From: Octopus vulgaris
Lineage: Eukaryota
DNA length: 64,000 nt
Assembly (NCBI GenBank): GCA_951406725.2
Contig: OX597819.1
Location: 12,710,001 to 12,774,000 of the forward strand
Reading direction: 5' to 3'
Shown here: positions 50,072 through 62,218 of the stretch, piece by piece
Position numbering within the stretch: the first letter of the stretch is position 1
Layout of the letters: each line of letters begins with the position of its first letter
Program-made: the position numbers and the translations under genes
Notes under the pieces: model-generated
What the model saw: the letters and a program-made list of their open reading frames with translations, nothing else
What the model was told of the DNA's origin: nothing
Database searches by the model: none

Positions 50072-50151
50072 GTACAAGAAAATTTAATACAGCTGGGGAC
50101 CACTTTGTCAAGGACTACATGAGGAAAAGAAATCTGATTCTGTCTTTAATG
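50072..50151 (+). CDS. PI4KA: PI4KA exon 17 (TRKFNTAGDHFVKDYMRKRNLILSLM)
   Basis: aaccag / gtatgt; phase 1-0; matches KYYMKRRTLLLSLL. Confidence 0.9.
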
Positions 50152-50604
50152 GTATGTGCAGGATAATTATTACTATGTTTCTGTGCAGGATATGCATTAA
50201 CATATTTATGTGTAGTACATATATTAACATAATTAGGTACACCCTCTTACATTAACATATTTAGCTGTTACAATGACTTTCTCAGCCTACAGTCTTAGGA
50301 ACACAAAAATGTTTGTGTGTCACAGAAATTTAATTCAGTTACTTGGTTTCAAATTTGATTCCATTTTCTGGCACCTTAGGCAAGTATCTTCTTTCTTCTA
50401 TACCCTTGGCTTGACAGAAGCTTTGTGAATATGATTAACCCTTTCATGACCAACCTGGCTGAAACTGGCTCTGGTCCTGTAGTACAAACGTCCTGTTTAC
50501 ATAAGTTTTGAATTAAAATCTTCCACCAAACTTTAGTCACAATTTATGTTCCTAACACTAGCTGAATGATAGCTAAGTTGATGCCATTACTTTTTTTTTT
50601 TTAA

Positions 50605-50865
50605 GCTAGTACCTATGCTGTTCGTCTCTCTTGCTGAACTGCTAAATTATGGGGGATGTGAACAAACCAACACCAGTTGTCAAGTAGTGGTGGGGACAAA
50701 TACACATGCACACACATATGACGAGCTTCTTTCAGTTTCCATTTACCAAATCCACTCAGGTTGACCTGAGGCTATAGTAGAAGACACTTGTCCAAGGTGC
50801 CATGCTGTGGGACTGAACTCAGCATCCTGTGGTTGGGAAGCAAGCTTCTTAACACACAGCCACAC
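50605..50865 (-). mobile_element. SINE family A, diverged
   Basis: Reverse complement similarity. Confidence 0.7.
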
Positions 50866-51118
50866 TCTCTCAAATCATATCCTGCCATCTTAAAATGCAG
50901 AAATAGTCCGAATGAAAAGACAGGCTAATTACAGATAGAATGCATTTGAACATAGATCTGCCCATTCAAGGACGACCTGGGGCTAAGCTTTCACCATCAG
51001 TACCTCTTAAACATTTTCACTAGGTCCTTATTTGGTTAGAAAACATTTGAAGTTGTTGTGATTGTCGTTGTTGCTTGAATCCTTTTGCTTTCATTTGTGT
51101 CTCATGTTCTGTCGACAG

Positions 51119-51300
51119 GCAAATGCTATTGATGCCTTTATAACCTGGCACAATCCACTTGAACTTATGGAACAAAGGATACCTGGTGAAGAGACCATTA
51201 CAACTTGGCGGAATCAGATAATGACAGAGAAGCATTACAGAGAAACTGCTCGACTTGCTTGGGATATTTCCCCAATTCTTGGTGTCTATTTACCCAACAG
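51119..51300 (+). CDS. PI4KA: PI4KA exon 18 (ANAIDAFITWHNPLE...AWDISPILGVYLPNR)
   Basis: cgacag / gtcagt; phase 0-2. Confidence 0.94.
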
Positions 51301-52382
51301 GTCAGTTGGTTTTTTGTTAAATTTTTTATTTTATTCTATTCTATCTAGCTTGTTGGTTAAGTCAGATAAGGTTCTCAACATTCTGTAAACTTTTGTTTGA
51401 AAACAATAGTATTCTATATTGTGCACTTGTAAAGGTCTGGGAATTGGTACACTGCTCCTAAATCACTTTTTCTTTATTAGATATTGGCATTTCTGGAAAT
51501 TTTGAAACACAAAAATTCACTTTACTTGCCATGCCTTGGTAAAATTAAGCTATAAATAAAACATTCTCTTTGTTAGCAACTGAAGAAAATAAAATGTGTG
51601 TGTGTGTGTGTGTGTGTGCACGCTTTAACCAGCAGGATAGAGATGGTGGCAAAAAGCCAGGCATACAAAGAAGGGACAGGGAACAGAATATAAATGGGAT
51701 GGTTGAGTAAAGGAAGAGAAAAATAGATGGGGGCATGTGCCAGGGCATACCCTTGAGGTTCGAATGCCATAATATAAGTGGCAGTATATTGCGAAAGAAG
51801 TGTGATTAAAGAGTGCAGTGGCGGGGTGGGCTGGGTATATATAGGGTCAGGGGGATACTGGATAGCAATGATATTGAGGAGCAGGGCCATGAAGACAGGA
51901 TTGGGGAGAGAGAGGTAAACATAGTGTATGAAGGAGGAAATGTGAGGAAGAGATGTGGATATGTAGATTGGTTTGTTGGGGTAGGGTGTGTGAGAAGTTT
52001 TCTTGTTATGTGTGGGTGGGACACACAGGTTAGGGGCTAACAGATAGCAATAATACGGTGAGACAGGGTGTATAGGTGGAACACACAGGTTGGGGGCTAG
52101 CAGAGAGCTGTGATACAGTGGCACAGGGCCAAGAAAATAGGATTGGGGTGGGTGGGAGTTTAGCATAGTGCATGAAGTGGAAATGTGAGGAAGAGAAGAG
52201 ATGTAGTTTGGTTTGTTGTGGTAGAGTGTGTGAGAAGTTTTCCTGTTCTGTGTGGGTGAGACACACACCACTTCCAGAACTCGGTTTCACTGACATGGGC
52301 GGGTCTTCTCAAGAGCTTCATATCGCCAGACATCTTGGTCCATTGTCATTTCCTCCATGTGGCTCAACATCCTGAGATCAGT

Positions 52383-52472
52383 CCTTACTACTTCATCCCA
52401 TATATATATATATAAAATGTATTGAAAACCTTACTACTTCATCCCATATATATATATAAAATGTATTGAAAA
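52383..52472. repeat. Approx. 45-bp tandem duplication
   Basis: CCTTACTACTTCATCCCA(TA)nAAATGTATTGAAAA twice. Confidence 0.9.
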
Positions 52473-52589
52473 CCACACAAATAACCTCATTTCCTATACA
52501 GGTTTGTGTTTGTATTAATGCATTGGTGATAGATTAATAGATGAATAATTAGTGGTCTGTATTGTAATTTCTGTTTCTTTTCTTCTCAG

Positions 52590-52722
52590 GTTCAAAAACT
52601 CTGAAGCCCTTGTAAAAGAGGTAACCCGCCTTGTACGACTTAACCCAATGGTGGTAAATCAAATCCCAGAAGTTATTAATTACTTAGTGACAGTCCACAG
52701 TGTTGAAGCCGATGCTCCTGAG
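52590..52722 (+). CDS. PI4KA: PI4KA exon 19 ([19 protein letters not shown]...EADAPE)
   Basis: ttctcag / gtcagt; phase 2-0. Confidence 0.95.
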
Positions 52723-53798
52723 GTCAGTCATTTGTGTTTCTTATTTCCCCTCCACCTGAATATGTCTTTGGTTCATTATACAGTCTGAACATTTCGTTTT
52801 TACTTTATGTAGCTATAAAACACCCACCAATTTTATTAAGATGGGTTGGTGATGGTTGGAGAAACCAGTGGAAAGTAAAAAGCAACAAATATTTGAATTC
52901 ATTTTGCAAGATTCTTGATATGAAGAAGATAATTGATTGATTGACTAATAAATTGATTAGTCTGTCAAAGTCCTTTCATCACAATCTGTGACTTGTTCAG
53001 GGACTATGTACCCTTCAAACACCTCTTTCTCCTCAACAGTTTGTTTTGCAAGATCTTATGTTAAGATCTTACTGCATTGATAAGGTCACAGGCTGTGACA
53101 AAAGGACTTTGATGGACTAACTGATTAATCAATTGATCAGCTGAAGTGAAACATAACCAAAGTGTGTTTTTAGTGAAAGTGTGACCCTTTCAAAACGCAA
53201 TATTTGAATTTGTATTCCTCTCCAACTTATACCAATGTGGGGAATAAGGCAATTGATAAAGATTGGAGATTAGCCTTATTAAATGAAATATTTTTTAGTA
53301 TTTCCATCCATATTACATCTCCAAAGATGAGGTTGTTATAATTTTTATTAACAACTACTTGTCTCAGAAATTGAGTCATTTAATTTTTCCATTTTTCATA
53401 CTGATACCATGTGTTTGTGTGTGTGTGTGTGTATCATTCAACTACAGTACGTATTGAATAATATTCTTAAAGCTGCAATTTACTCACAAGCAGCATCTTT
53501 CAGAGCTTGTCGCTAATTCAGTTTGTAAGCAAATGGAAAACTGTTGACGTTTTTGGAGAGGACTGGTTCCTAGCTACATTTTGGCATGAAAAAATTGAGA
53601 TTTCATCCAGTAGAAAAATGTTTACATCAAAATTTGTAGCAATGTTAAAGGAGAGTCAGTAACACCACCAATCAAGTTTAGATCTAAATAATTTTTTTAT
53701 TTTAAAAGCAAAATATATTTATCCTAGCTTCAATGATAGAAGAAAGCATGAAGAATTTTATAGTTTTAATCTGATATTTGTCTTGCTCTATTTTCCAG

Positions 53799-53924
53799 TT
53801 GGTACATGTCCTTACTTGGGCAGCTGTGTCTCCGGGGGTGGCACTGTCCTATTTTTCCCGTCAGTTTCCACCACATCCTTTGACGGCTCAGTTTGCAGTA
53901 CGATCTTTGCGTTCGTATCCACCA
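53799..53924 (+). CDS. PI4KA: PI4KA exon 20 ([42 protein letters not shown])
   Basis: tttccag / gtaagt; phase 0-0; PIK helical domain. Confidence 0.95.
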
Positions 53925-54262
53925 GTAAGTTCCAAATTTGACAATTTTATTGTAACCTGATACCCCCACTCACCCAAGCTTCTCCATTTGCTACAGTCCC
54001 CACTATCCTGTCCATTCACTCAGTTCAAATCTCTGTATCACCTCACCTATCCTCATCACCCCCAATGTCCTTCGAGGGCATGTCCCAACACATCTTTGCC
54101 ATCACCTCTCTTGCCATTTTCCTCAACAAATTCTGTCCTACTCATACCAGCATGGAAAAGTGGATGTTAAATTGATGATTATGGCGATGATAACTATAAT
54201 AAGTATTTTGAAGTTTTCTTCACTTTAAGCCCGTATCTCATCAAAAATAATTTATCTTTCAG

Positions 54263-54316
54263 GATGCTCTTATCTTCTACATTCCACAACTGGTACAAGC
54301 ACTGCGATATGATAAG
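54263..54316 (+). CDS. PI4KA: PI4KA exon 21 (DALIFYIPQLVQALRYDK)
   Basis: ctttcag / gtgagt; phase 0-0. Confidence 0.95.
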
Positions 54317-55393
54317 GTGAGTATCAAGGTTGCATTAGCTGTTATAATAGTAAAACCACAAAAGTGAATAGGCTTAAAAGCATTTCCTTCATCCTCATAG
54401 TAAGAACTTTGCCAAGCTGAACTCGGGTCGAATATAGTTTTGTGTAACCTGTGTTTATTTCATTATCAAGAACAGTTTTTTTACCAATAATTTAAAATTT
54501 GTCTCTGTCCCTCTTACTTATGTCTCTCTACGACTGGCGCAAAGCCACCACTCTCTCTGTGTAGGGGTTTTGTCTTGTGAGTTATTTTGGTGGCCCCACT
54601 AGTGCCAGGGTCATGAAAGAAGCACCTACAATACTCTATTCAGTCATTGGTGTTACGAAGGGCATTCTGCCATAGAAACCATATCAAAGCAGTCATTGGA
54701 GTTTATAAATTCTCGAAATATTATGTTGACAAAGGAAATGAATTTTTATAATTCTAATCCAGAAACGCGTCCGTAATTAATCGAAGACTGTTTGATTTCA
54801 TTATTTTTCTTCTTTTTACCTATGTGAGTTACAAATATTGTTATCTGTGGAGACATATTTTGTAGGAAAAAGAAATAAGTCTTTTGGCTGCTATTTCTAA
54901 ATTTTCGATATGTGGTGAAGCAACTTGTTGCTAAACCCTTAATTATTGTTATTATATATAAAAAAAACTTTTTGTATAAGTTTTTACCGAATATGGTTCT
55001 TTTCAATACCGAAACTACTTGGTAAAATTTATTAATTTATTAAATTAATAATTCTTTAGCCTATATCTATAATGATCATATATATATATATATATACTTA
55101 CTTGGAAATGGATGCGTGGCGTTCAATCATATAATATAAATATATATGTATACATACATTTATATATGTATATTTGCATATACATGCGTATATGGGCATA
55201 GGACACCACGGAAGGTAAACAACATAAAATAAACATAAAATACGAAAACAATATGAAATACGAAATACGACAACATGAAATACGAACTTATTTTGCAAAC
55301 AACAAAAGAAACAAACAGAAAACAAGACAACCAACATGAAAAAACAACCCTTCATCAGTTGTTGGCTGTTATTCTACTTCGTATTTCGAGCAT

Positions 55394-55426
<33 letters not shown>

Positions 55427-55626
55427 TACGTTATATAATTAGGGCTCAGTAAAATAATTTACTTTGCCATATACTGAAATTTTTAGAAATAGCAGCCAAA
55501 AAGTTTTTTAGCCATTTCTACTACTTTAAGAAAAGTCTCCCAGATAGTGTTTACTCAAAAATAATTCACGTTGATATGGAGGGAAAACAGCAAAATATCA
55601 ACTAATTGATTTTACCCTTAATTATT

Positions 55627-55673
<47 letters not shown>

Positions 55674-55851
55674 ATGTATAGGTTTGGCAATGCAAGTAGG
55701 GGAAACAGAACTCAGAACTACTAAATATTCATAAAATATACATAATCACCATTATGTGTGTGTGTGTGTGTGTGTGGTAAGATGGATCAATAGCTTGACA
55801 CAACTTTGTAGTCTAAGACTTCTATAAATGGTTCTCCTCTTTTCTTCACAG

Positions 55852-55972
55852 ATGGGTTATGTTGTAGAATTTATTCTATGGGCATCAAAGTATTCATCGT
55901 TACTAGCTCATCAGCTTCTGTGGAACATGCAAACCAATGTCTACCAGGATGAAGATGCAACCATCAAAGATG
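55852..55972 (+). CDS. PI4KA: PI4KA exon 22 ([40 protein letters not shown])
   Basis: ttcacag / gtaggt; phase 0-1. Confidence 0.95.
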
Positions 55973-56245
55973 GTAGGTATATTACAAGTTATCCCTTTCT
56001 GATTAGGTACATGCATGGCTGTGGGGTTAAGGAGCTTGCTTCCTAACTATGTGGTTTTGGGTTCAGTCCCACTGTTTGGTTACTTTGGACATGTGTCTTC
56101 TACTATAGTCTTGGACTGATCAAAATGTATGAGCAGATTTAGTAGACAGAAACTGAAAGAAGACCATTGGACATGCATATCCATATGTACATGTGCATCT
56201 CTTTGTCTTGACATTGCACAATATATATATGTATATGTATACATA

Positions 56246-57145
56246 TTGGATTATCTCATCAATAATGTGGGTTTTTTTTCTTTTATTTTTCAAAATTAAG
56301 GTAGACAAAGTTATTTTTTAATCTAAAATATACTCTCCTTCATTTTCTACAATGCTCTTCCATCTATTAGGTAGACTTGCCAAGCCCCTCTTCCAAATTT
56401 ACTTGTCCATGATGAAAAATACTTTTCCAGTACTATTCTAACCTCATCTACAGAATTCATATTTTTTCCATTCAAATGATTTTGAAGACTGTGGAATAAA
56501 TGATAATCAGATGGGGCAATGTCCAGCAAATATGGTGGGTGAGGCATCATTTTCCATTGAAACTGCTCCAGCCTTTGGAATGTCATCCTTGCTGTATGAG
56601 ACCAAGCATTATCCTGATGGAAGAGCACCTTTCATCTTGAAACCTAAGATGGTTGTTTTCCTTCTAGCATTGATTTGAATGACTGGTTGAATGACCAAAT
56701 CCAAGCTTCTCTCCTAGTTCCTCAACAGTTACAATGGGATTTTGTTCCACCATTGTTGAGCTCTGTAGATCTTCCAGGATGTGGCTTATCTTCTAGGCTG
56801 TAGTTCTGGCTCAGAATTTCTGGAACCACTGTTGACACTGGCTTGCACTTATTGTCTGATCCCCATATACTGCATTAATAATATCCCTTGCACTTTCCAT
56901 TGCATTGTTGCCTCTATTGAACTCATAAAGCAAAATATGCTGAATATGCTCCTTTGTCATTTCCATAGCTTAAAAAAATAAATGTTAAAATTGAACTGAA
57001 CTCTTCAAAACTTGCACTAAGAATAAGGAGAAGGTAAAATTACTACCTGCTTTTATAACAAGTTGATGCAGGTAGTTTATCCTGTCCCTCTCCGACTTTT
57101 AGTTCATGCAATGAAAAAAACCCCATTAATTAAGGGATGACTCAA
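56246..57145 (-). mobile_element. Internally deleted mariner transposon (900 bp), a different family
   Basis: Imperfect TIRs flanked by TA; N-term MEMTKEHIQHILLYEF at 56966; C-term FHQDNAWSHT, HPPYLLDIAPSDYHLF. Confidence 0.9.
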
Positions 57146-57204
57146 TATATATATGCGTGTGTGTGTGTGTGTGTGTGTATGTATATATATATATATATTA
57201 TATA

Positions 57205-58233
57205 TATATATATAAAGCTGAGAATGTGTGTCTGTCTGTCTGTCTGTGTGTTTCCCTAAAACTTGAGAACTACACAACCAATTCATTCAAATTTTACACA
57301 TGCCTTACTTAGGGTCCATGTAGTTTCATGGGCAAAAAAAATGTTCAACTTCTTGCCTAGAGTGAGCCCATAGCAATATCATATCTTCTCCACTATTTCA
57401 GTATTACGTGTTGAAAGTGAAACAAAAACGTTTCTCTATTTTATGTCAGATACTTTCACTTTAACAATAAAAATAATAATAATAACAATTGAATTATATG
57501 TAGTAAGTAATAATTAAAATCAAACTAAAGTATAATATAATCGTAACATAACAAAAGTAAAAATAGCAACTGGTATAAAATTGCATCAATGATTTGAACT
57601 TGAATAAGTGGTTTCACATGAATGGGAATAAATTAAAAATAAAATTAGCGTGCAGAAATGGAATAGTCCAGATGGATAATAAAAAATTAAATTAAAGAAA
57701 AGACTATTGTCTATAAAGTATACAATGTAGAGAAAAAAGAAGATTTGAACACATGGAGGAAAGCACCTTCGAAAAGTGTCTTGGTGCAACTATGAAAGGT
57801 ATCTAATCAGAAGCGGTAAATTCGCCACAATAGAAGCAAGCTTCGAGTCAATGGAGCGTGCAAGGGAGTACTCGACTCGAACTTGCAAAGTGGAAATATT
57901 TTATTTTTACCCTTATAGCTGGGACATAGGACGTCCCGGATAAAAATTAAAAATGCCCCCCCCCCCACCCCACCCCAGAAGTAGAGGTAGGCTGGATTGT
58001 AGCCACACTTCTATACAAGAGGGAGGACAAGATACAATTGATCGAAATTACAAGAGACAGGCTAACAATTCAAGTCCGTTATATATTTTGAGTATTGTTA
58101 TCACTAGCGATATCAAGATATAACTTTGTATTTTATGTGTAGATGTATATATATATATAGATGTACATGTAATATGTACACATATATACATGCACTAGCA
58201 CTATGACCCAGCAACGACGGGTCTTTAATGCTA

Positions 58234-58234
<1 letters not shown>
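57205..58234 (+). mobile_element. Non-autonomous Helitron-like element
   Basis: 5' TATATAAAG..(TGTC)n..ACCAATTCATTCAAATTTTACACA; 3' hairpin GACCC..GGGTC then CTAG|T. Confidence 0.7.
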
Positions 58235-58276
<42 letters not shown>

Positions 58277-58333
58277 TATGTTGGTGCAAACAAGAAAAAT
58301 AGAACTCAAAATATGAGTATAAGTATATATTTA

Positions 58334-58487
58334 TTAATATCTAGCAGAAGCAACAGGGTGACTCAAGGTCTGAGAGTTTTGTGCGTTGGCACTTACCAAA
58401 TTAATGGGGGATCTACTGGAAAGTTTGATAAGTGCCAATGCATGAAACTCTCAGACCTTGAGTCACTCTGTTGCTTCTGCTAAATAT

Positions 58488-58490
<3 letters not shown>
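58334..58490. repeat. Approx. 70-bp-arm hairpin between (TA)n tracts
   Basis: TAGCAGAAGCAACAGGGTGACTCAAGGTCTGAGAG / CTCTCAGACCTTGAGTCACTCTGTTGCTTCTGCTA. Confidence 0.9.
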
Positions 58491-58517
<27 letters not shown>

Positions 58518-58522
<5 letters not shown>

Positions 58523-58824
58523 CGTGTCCGTGACCAACCAGGCTATCAGATGTTGCTATACATCGCTGGTCACAATGCGCTTCGCATTGTTTTAGCCTTC
58601 AAATGACGTCACCCCGCTGGCTAAGCGAGCAGGCCAACAGAAGAAAGAGTGAGAGAAAGTTGTGGCAAAAGAGTACAGCAGGGATCGCCACTACCCCCTG
58701 CCAGAGTCACGTGGAGCTTTAGGTGTTTTTGCTCAATAAACACTCACAATGCCCGGTCTGGGAATCGAAACCAAGATCCTACAGCCGCGAGACTGCTGCC
58801 CTAACCACTGGGCCATTGCGCCTC

Positions 58825-58827
<3 letters not shown>
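58518..58827 (-). mobile_element. SINE family C, tail type 3
   Basis: Reverse complement of the family C head/body with a different 3' segment. Confidence 0.82.
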
Positions 58828-58861
<34 letters not shown>

Positions 58862-58864
58862 GTA

Positions 58865-58895
<31 letters not shown>

Positions 58896-59219
58896 ATGAA
58901 CGTTATCATCGTACAAGAAGTGTCATTTATTTTCAGTTTTATACAGAAACATATCCTGACTTGGGGAAATATTACCTTGGTTGGAAACAGATAAGTGTTG
59001 GTGACTGCCAAGGCATCCAGCTGTAGAAAATCCGACTCAAAAAATTCTATTTAATCCATGTAAGCACTGGGAAAGTGGGAGTTGAAGGAGGACAATGATG
59101 ATGATATAAATTCATTTAAGCATAAATATTTTTAGTTTAACAGTAGTTAAGTGTGTGTTGCTATATTTAATGATGGGATCATTGAAATAGTTGTCTGATT
59201 GGTGTGATGTGTTTTTCAG

Positions 59220-59349
59220 ATCAAATTGGGGATCTACTGGAGAGTTTGATGAAAGACATCACAAAGAACTTGTCTGGTGCTGCTCTCAAGTTTTATCAAA
59301 GAGAATTTAAATTCTTTGGAAAGATAACCAATATCTCAGGAGAAATTCG
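59220..59349 (+). CDS. PI4KA: PI4KA exon 23 ([43 protein letters not shown])
   Basis: ttttcag / gtaagc; phase 1-2. Confidence 0.95.
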
Positions 59350-59469
59350 GTAAGCAGACACAATTTATACTCAAATGAAATAGCACAAAGGTCAGCAATG
59401 GCCCTATACTTCTCAGAAGAAGATCCACTTCTCAGACCTCTGGTTCAATTGTTTCTACTTTATTTTCAG

Positions 59470-59540
59470 GCCATACCCCAAAGGCCCGGACAGAAAAGAA
59501 GCTTGCTTGAAGGCCTTAGCCAAAGTTCAACTTCCAAAAG
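59470..59540 (+). CDS. PI4KA: PI4KA exon 24 (PYPKGPDRKEACLKALAKVQLPK)
   Basis: ttttcag / AG|gtaaaa; phase 2-1. Confidence 0.95.
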
Positions 59541-59622
59541 GTAAAATATGAACCGTTACCATTTTACTTGACAAATGGGTTTTACTATAATTTAATCAAT
59601 AATTGTATTACTTTGAATTACA

Positions 59623-59665
<43 letters not shown>

Positions 59666-59758
59666 CACTTTTGGCTTCAGTTTAAACTGGACAATCCTGA
59701 ATCGGTTGTTTTAAAATAGGGAAACAGAAAAAATGAAAATATTTCAATCAAAATTTTA

Positions 59759-60070
59759 GGTATGGCTGTGTGGTAAGAAGCTTGCTTCCCAACCACATGC
59801 TTCCAAGTTCAGTCCCACTGTGTGGCATCTTGGGCAAGTGTCTTCTATAGTCTCGGGCCAACCAAAACCTCGTGAGTGGATTTGACTGAACTAGACTGAA
59901 AGAAGCCGGTCCTTTGTGTGTGTGTGTGTGTGCATCCCCCCACCACCCCTTGACAACCGGTGTTGGTGTGTTTTCATTCCCATAGCCGTTTGACAAAAGA
60001 GACTGATAGAATTAGGACCAGGCTTAAAAAACAAACACCAGGGTCAATTCATTTGACTAAAAATTCTTCA
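59759..60070 (+). mobile_element. SINE family A, diverged (other partial copies near 1770-2035, 4553-4712, 56012-56215, 63840-63970)
   Basis: Similarity to family A head and body. Confidence 0.75.
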
Positions 60071-61069
60071 AATTAGAACCATGCCATAGAAGCCATGCCA
60101 AAACAGACTGCAGAGCTTGGTGCAGTTCTCTCAGCTGCCAACGCCTATCAAACCGTCTGACCCATACCAGCATGGAAAACAGACATAAAATGATGATGAT
60201 GGCAAATGGCATGTAAAAGAACCCACTACACTTTTGGAGTGGTTGGCATTAGAAAGGGCATCCAACCAGAGAAACCATGCCATAACAGACTGGAGTCTGG
60301 TGCAGCCTTCCAGCTTACCAGCTTCAGTCAGACCGTCTAATCCATGCCAGCATGGACAACAGATCTTAAATGATGATGATGATGATAATGATACACACAC
60401 ACACATCCATCTCTCTAGTAATATCTTGAGAGTGAAGGATATGTATGTTAAACTTTTAACAACATTGCTGGATGTTGGTAGATCATATTAAGCTAGATCA
60501 CATTAAGGGCTACACCCCCATGGATACATACATGGGTTTGTCCAGCTAAACCCTTCATTGATCAGCCCTTTACTAATACAAGATGTTGCACTGATATCCT
60601 TCTCTTTATGTGGGACCTTGATGATGGATGTTGTGGCAGTGTTGGGCATTTGAACAAAGGCAGTGTATTTCAAGGGAATGTTACTAAGAAAAGAGTTCAA
60701 GTGATCCAAAATGAGGTCGACTTTGCCTTTCATCATTTCGGGGTTGCTAATGAAATAAGTACCAGTTAAACACTGGGGGTCAATGTAATCAACTAAACAC
60801 CCCCCCCAAATTTTGGCTTTGTACCTGTAGTAGAAAGAATTATCATCATTTAATGTCTGTGGTCCATGCTGGCTTGGGTTGGTTGGTTTCACCAGAGCTG
60901 GTAAGATGAGGGGCTGCACCAATCTGATTTGGCAAGGTTTCTATGGCTAGATGCCCTTCCTAACACCAACCACTCTGAGAGTGTAATGGGTGCTTTTATG
61001 TGCCATCGGCATGGGTGCCAGTTTTGTGATACCAGTAGCCACCATGACTATGATGGCATATAACATAAG

Positions 61070-61468
61070 ACGGCAAGATGGCTGAGCCATTAGCTCATTA
61101 GGCAAAATGCTTAGCAACCTTTCTTCCATATTTACGTTCTGAGTTCAAATGCTGCCAAAATTGATAAAATGAATTCTAGTCAAGTAAGTCCTGGGGTCAA
61201 TACAATCAACTTACCCCACTCCCTCAAAAACTGCTGGGCCGGTGCTGAAATTTGAAACCATTATTATTCTTTTCTACTCTGGGCACAAAACCCGAAATTT
61301 TGGGGGAGGGGGCCAATCAATTAGATCGACCCCAGTATGCAACCAGTACTTAATTTATCGACCCTGAAAGGATGAAAGGCAACACTGACCTTGGCGGAAT
61401 TTGAACACAGAACATAAAGACAGATGAAATACTGCTAAGCATTCTAACATTTCTGCCAGCTTGCCACT
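61070..61468. mobile_element. Two adjacent SINE family B copies in opposite orientation (others near 12780, 23745, 32975, 33770, 48128, 60675, 62595)
   Basis: Plus copy 61070-61260; minus copy 61270-61468 flanked by TTTGAAACCATTAT duplication. Confidence 0.78.
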
Positions 61469-61749
61469 TTTGAAACCATTATCATCATTATCATCATTAT
61501 TGTTGTTGTTTTCATCAGATTTAATGCAAGCTTCTATTGTTGCGCCGCTTGGTACATCTTCATATTCTAAGGTGTATGCATCATCCTAACCATATTCAGA
61601 AGCACATGATTCTGTATGATATGAATGGCAACAGGTTTGCCTGGTAAGCATGTGATGTATACTTCATTTTTGGTCCAATGGTTTCTACTCATCCAAATTT
61701 AACAAAGCTAATACTAATATTTTTTATTTTGTTTGTCTCTTACCACTAG

Positions 61750-61822
61750 GTGTGTACCTCCCTTCTAATCCTGAAGCTGTCGTTGTAGGAATAGATTATC
61801 ATTCTGGTACACCAATGCAAAG
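61750..61822 (+). CDS. PI4KA: PI4KA exon 25 ([24 protein letters not shown])
   Basis: cactag / gtaaga; phase 1-2. Confidence 0.95.
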
Positions 61823-62058
61823 GTAAGACATAATAAATATATTTATTGTTAGACTTTATAAATTTGGTGTCTTCACTAAATCTATAAAATATAGAACTAC
61901 CAATTCTCTTGCTGTCTGTATGGATATTTTATTTTATTTTTCTAATATTTTCTTGTAAAAGACTTTTCATACCCATTCTAGAGTTATTTAAATTTGTCAT
62001 ATTGATGTAATTATCAGGTAATTAAAAATTTTTTCCAATATTTTCATTTAAATTTTAG

Positions 62059-62218
62059 TGCAGCAAAAGCACCATTTTTAGCTCGATTCTCTGTCAAAAA
62101 ATGTGGAGTAAAAGAACTAGAAAATCTCGGCTTGGAAGAATCCTATGGTTCAGAAAATGATGGCATCCCTCAGCATTGGCAAGCTTGTATTTTTAAAGTT
62201 GGTGATGATGTACGGCAG
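62059..62218 (+). CDS. PI4KA: PI4KA exon 26 ([16 protein letters not shown]...[14 protein letters not shown]), kinase N-lobe with ATP-binding Lys
   Basis: ttttag / gtaaat; phase 2-0; FKxGDDxRQ PI3/PI4-kinase motif. Confidence 0.96.

Noticed and set aside
51573-52271. 232-aa minus-strand ORF
   Set aside because: G/A/T-biased low-complexity sequence with an internal direct repeat (about 51935-52030 and 52180-52268); no recognisable domain
55340-55395. Minus-strand CTGATGA with nearby CGAAA
   Set aside because: Order and stems do not fit a hammerhead fold
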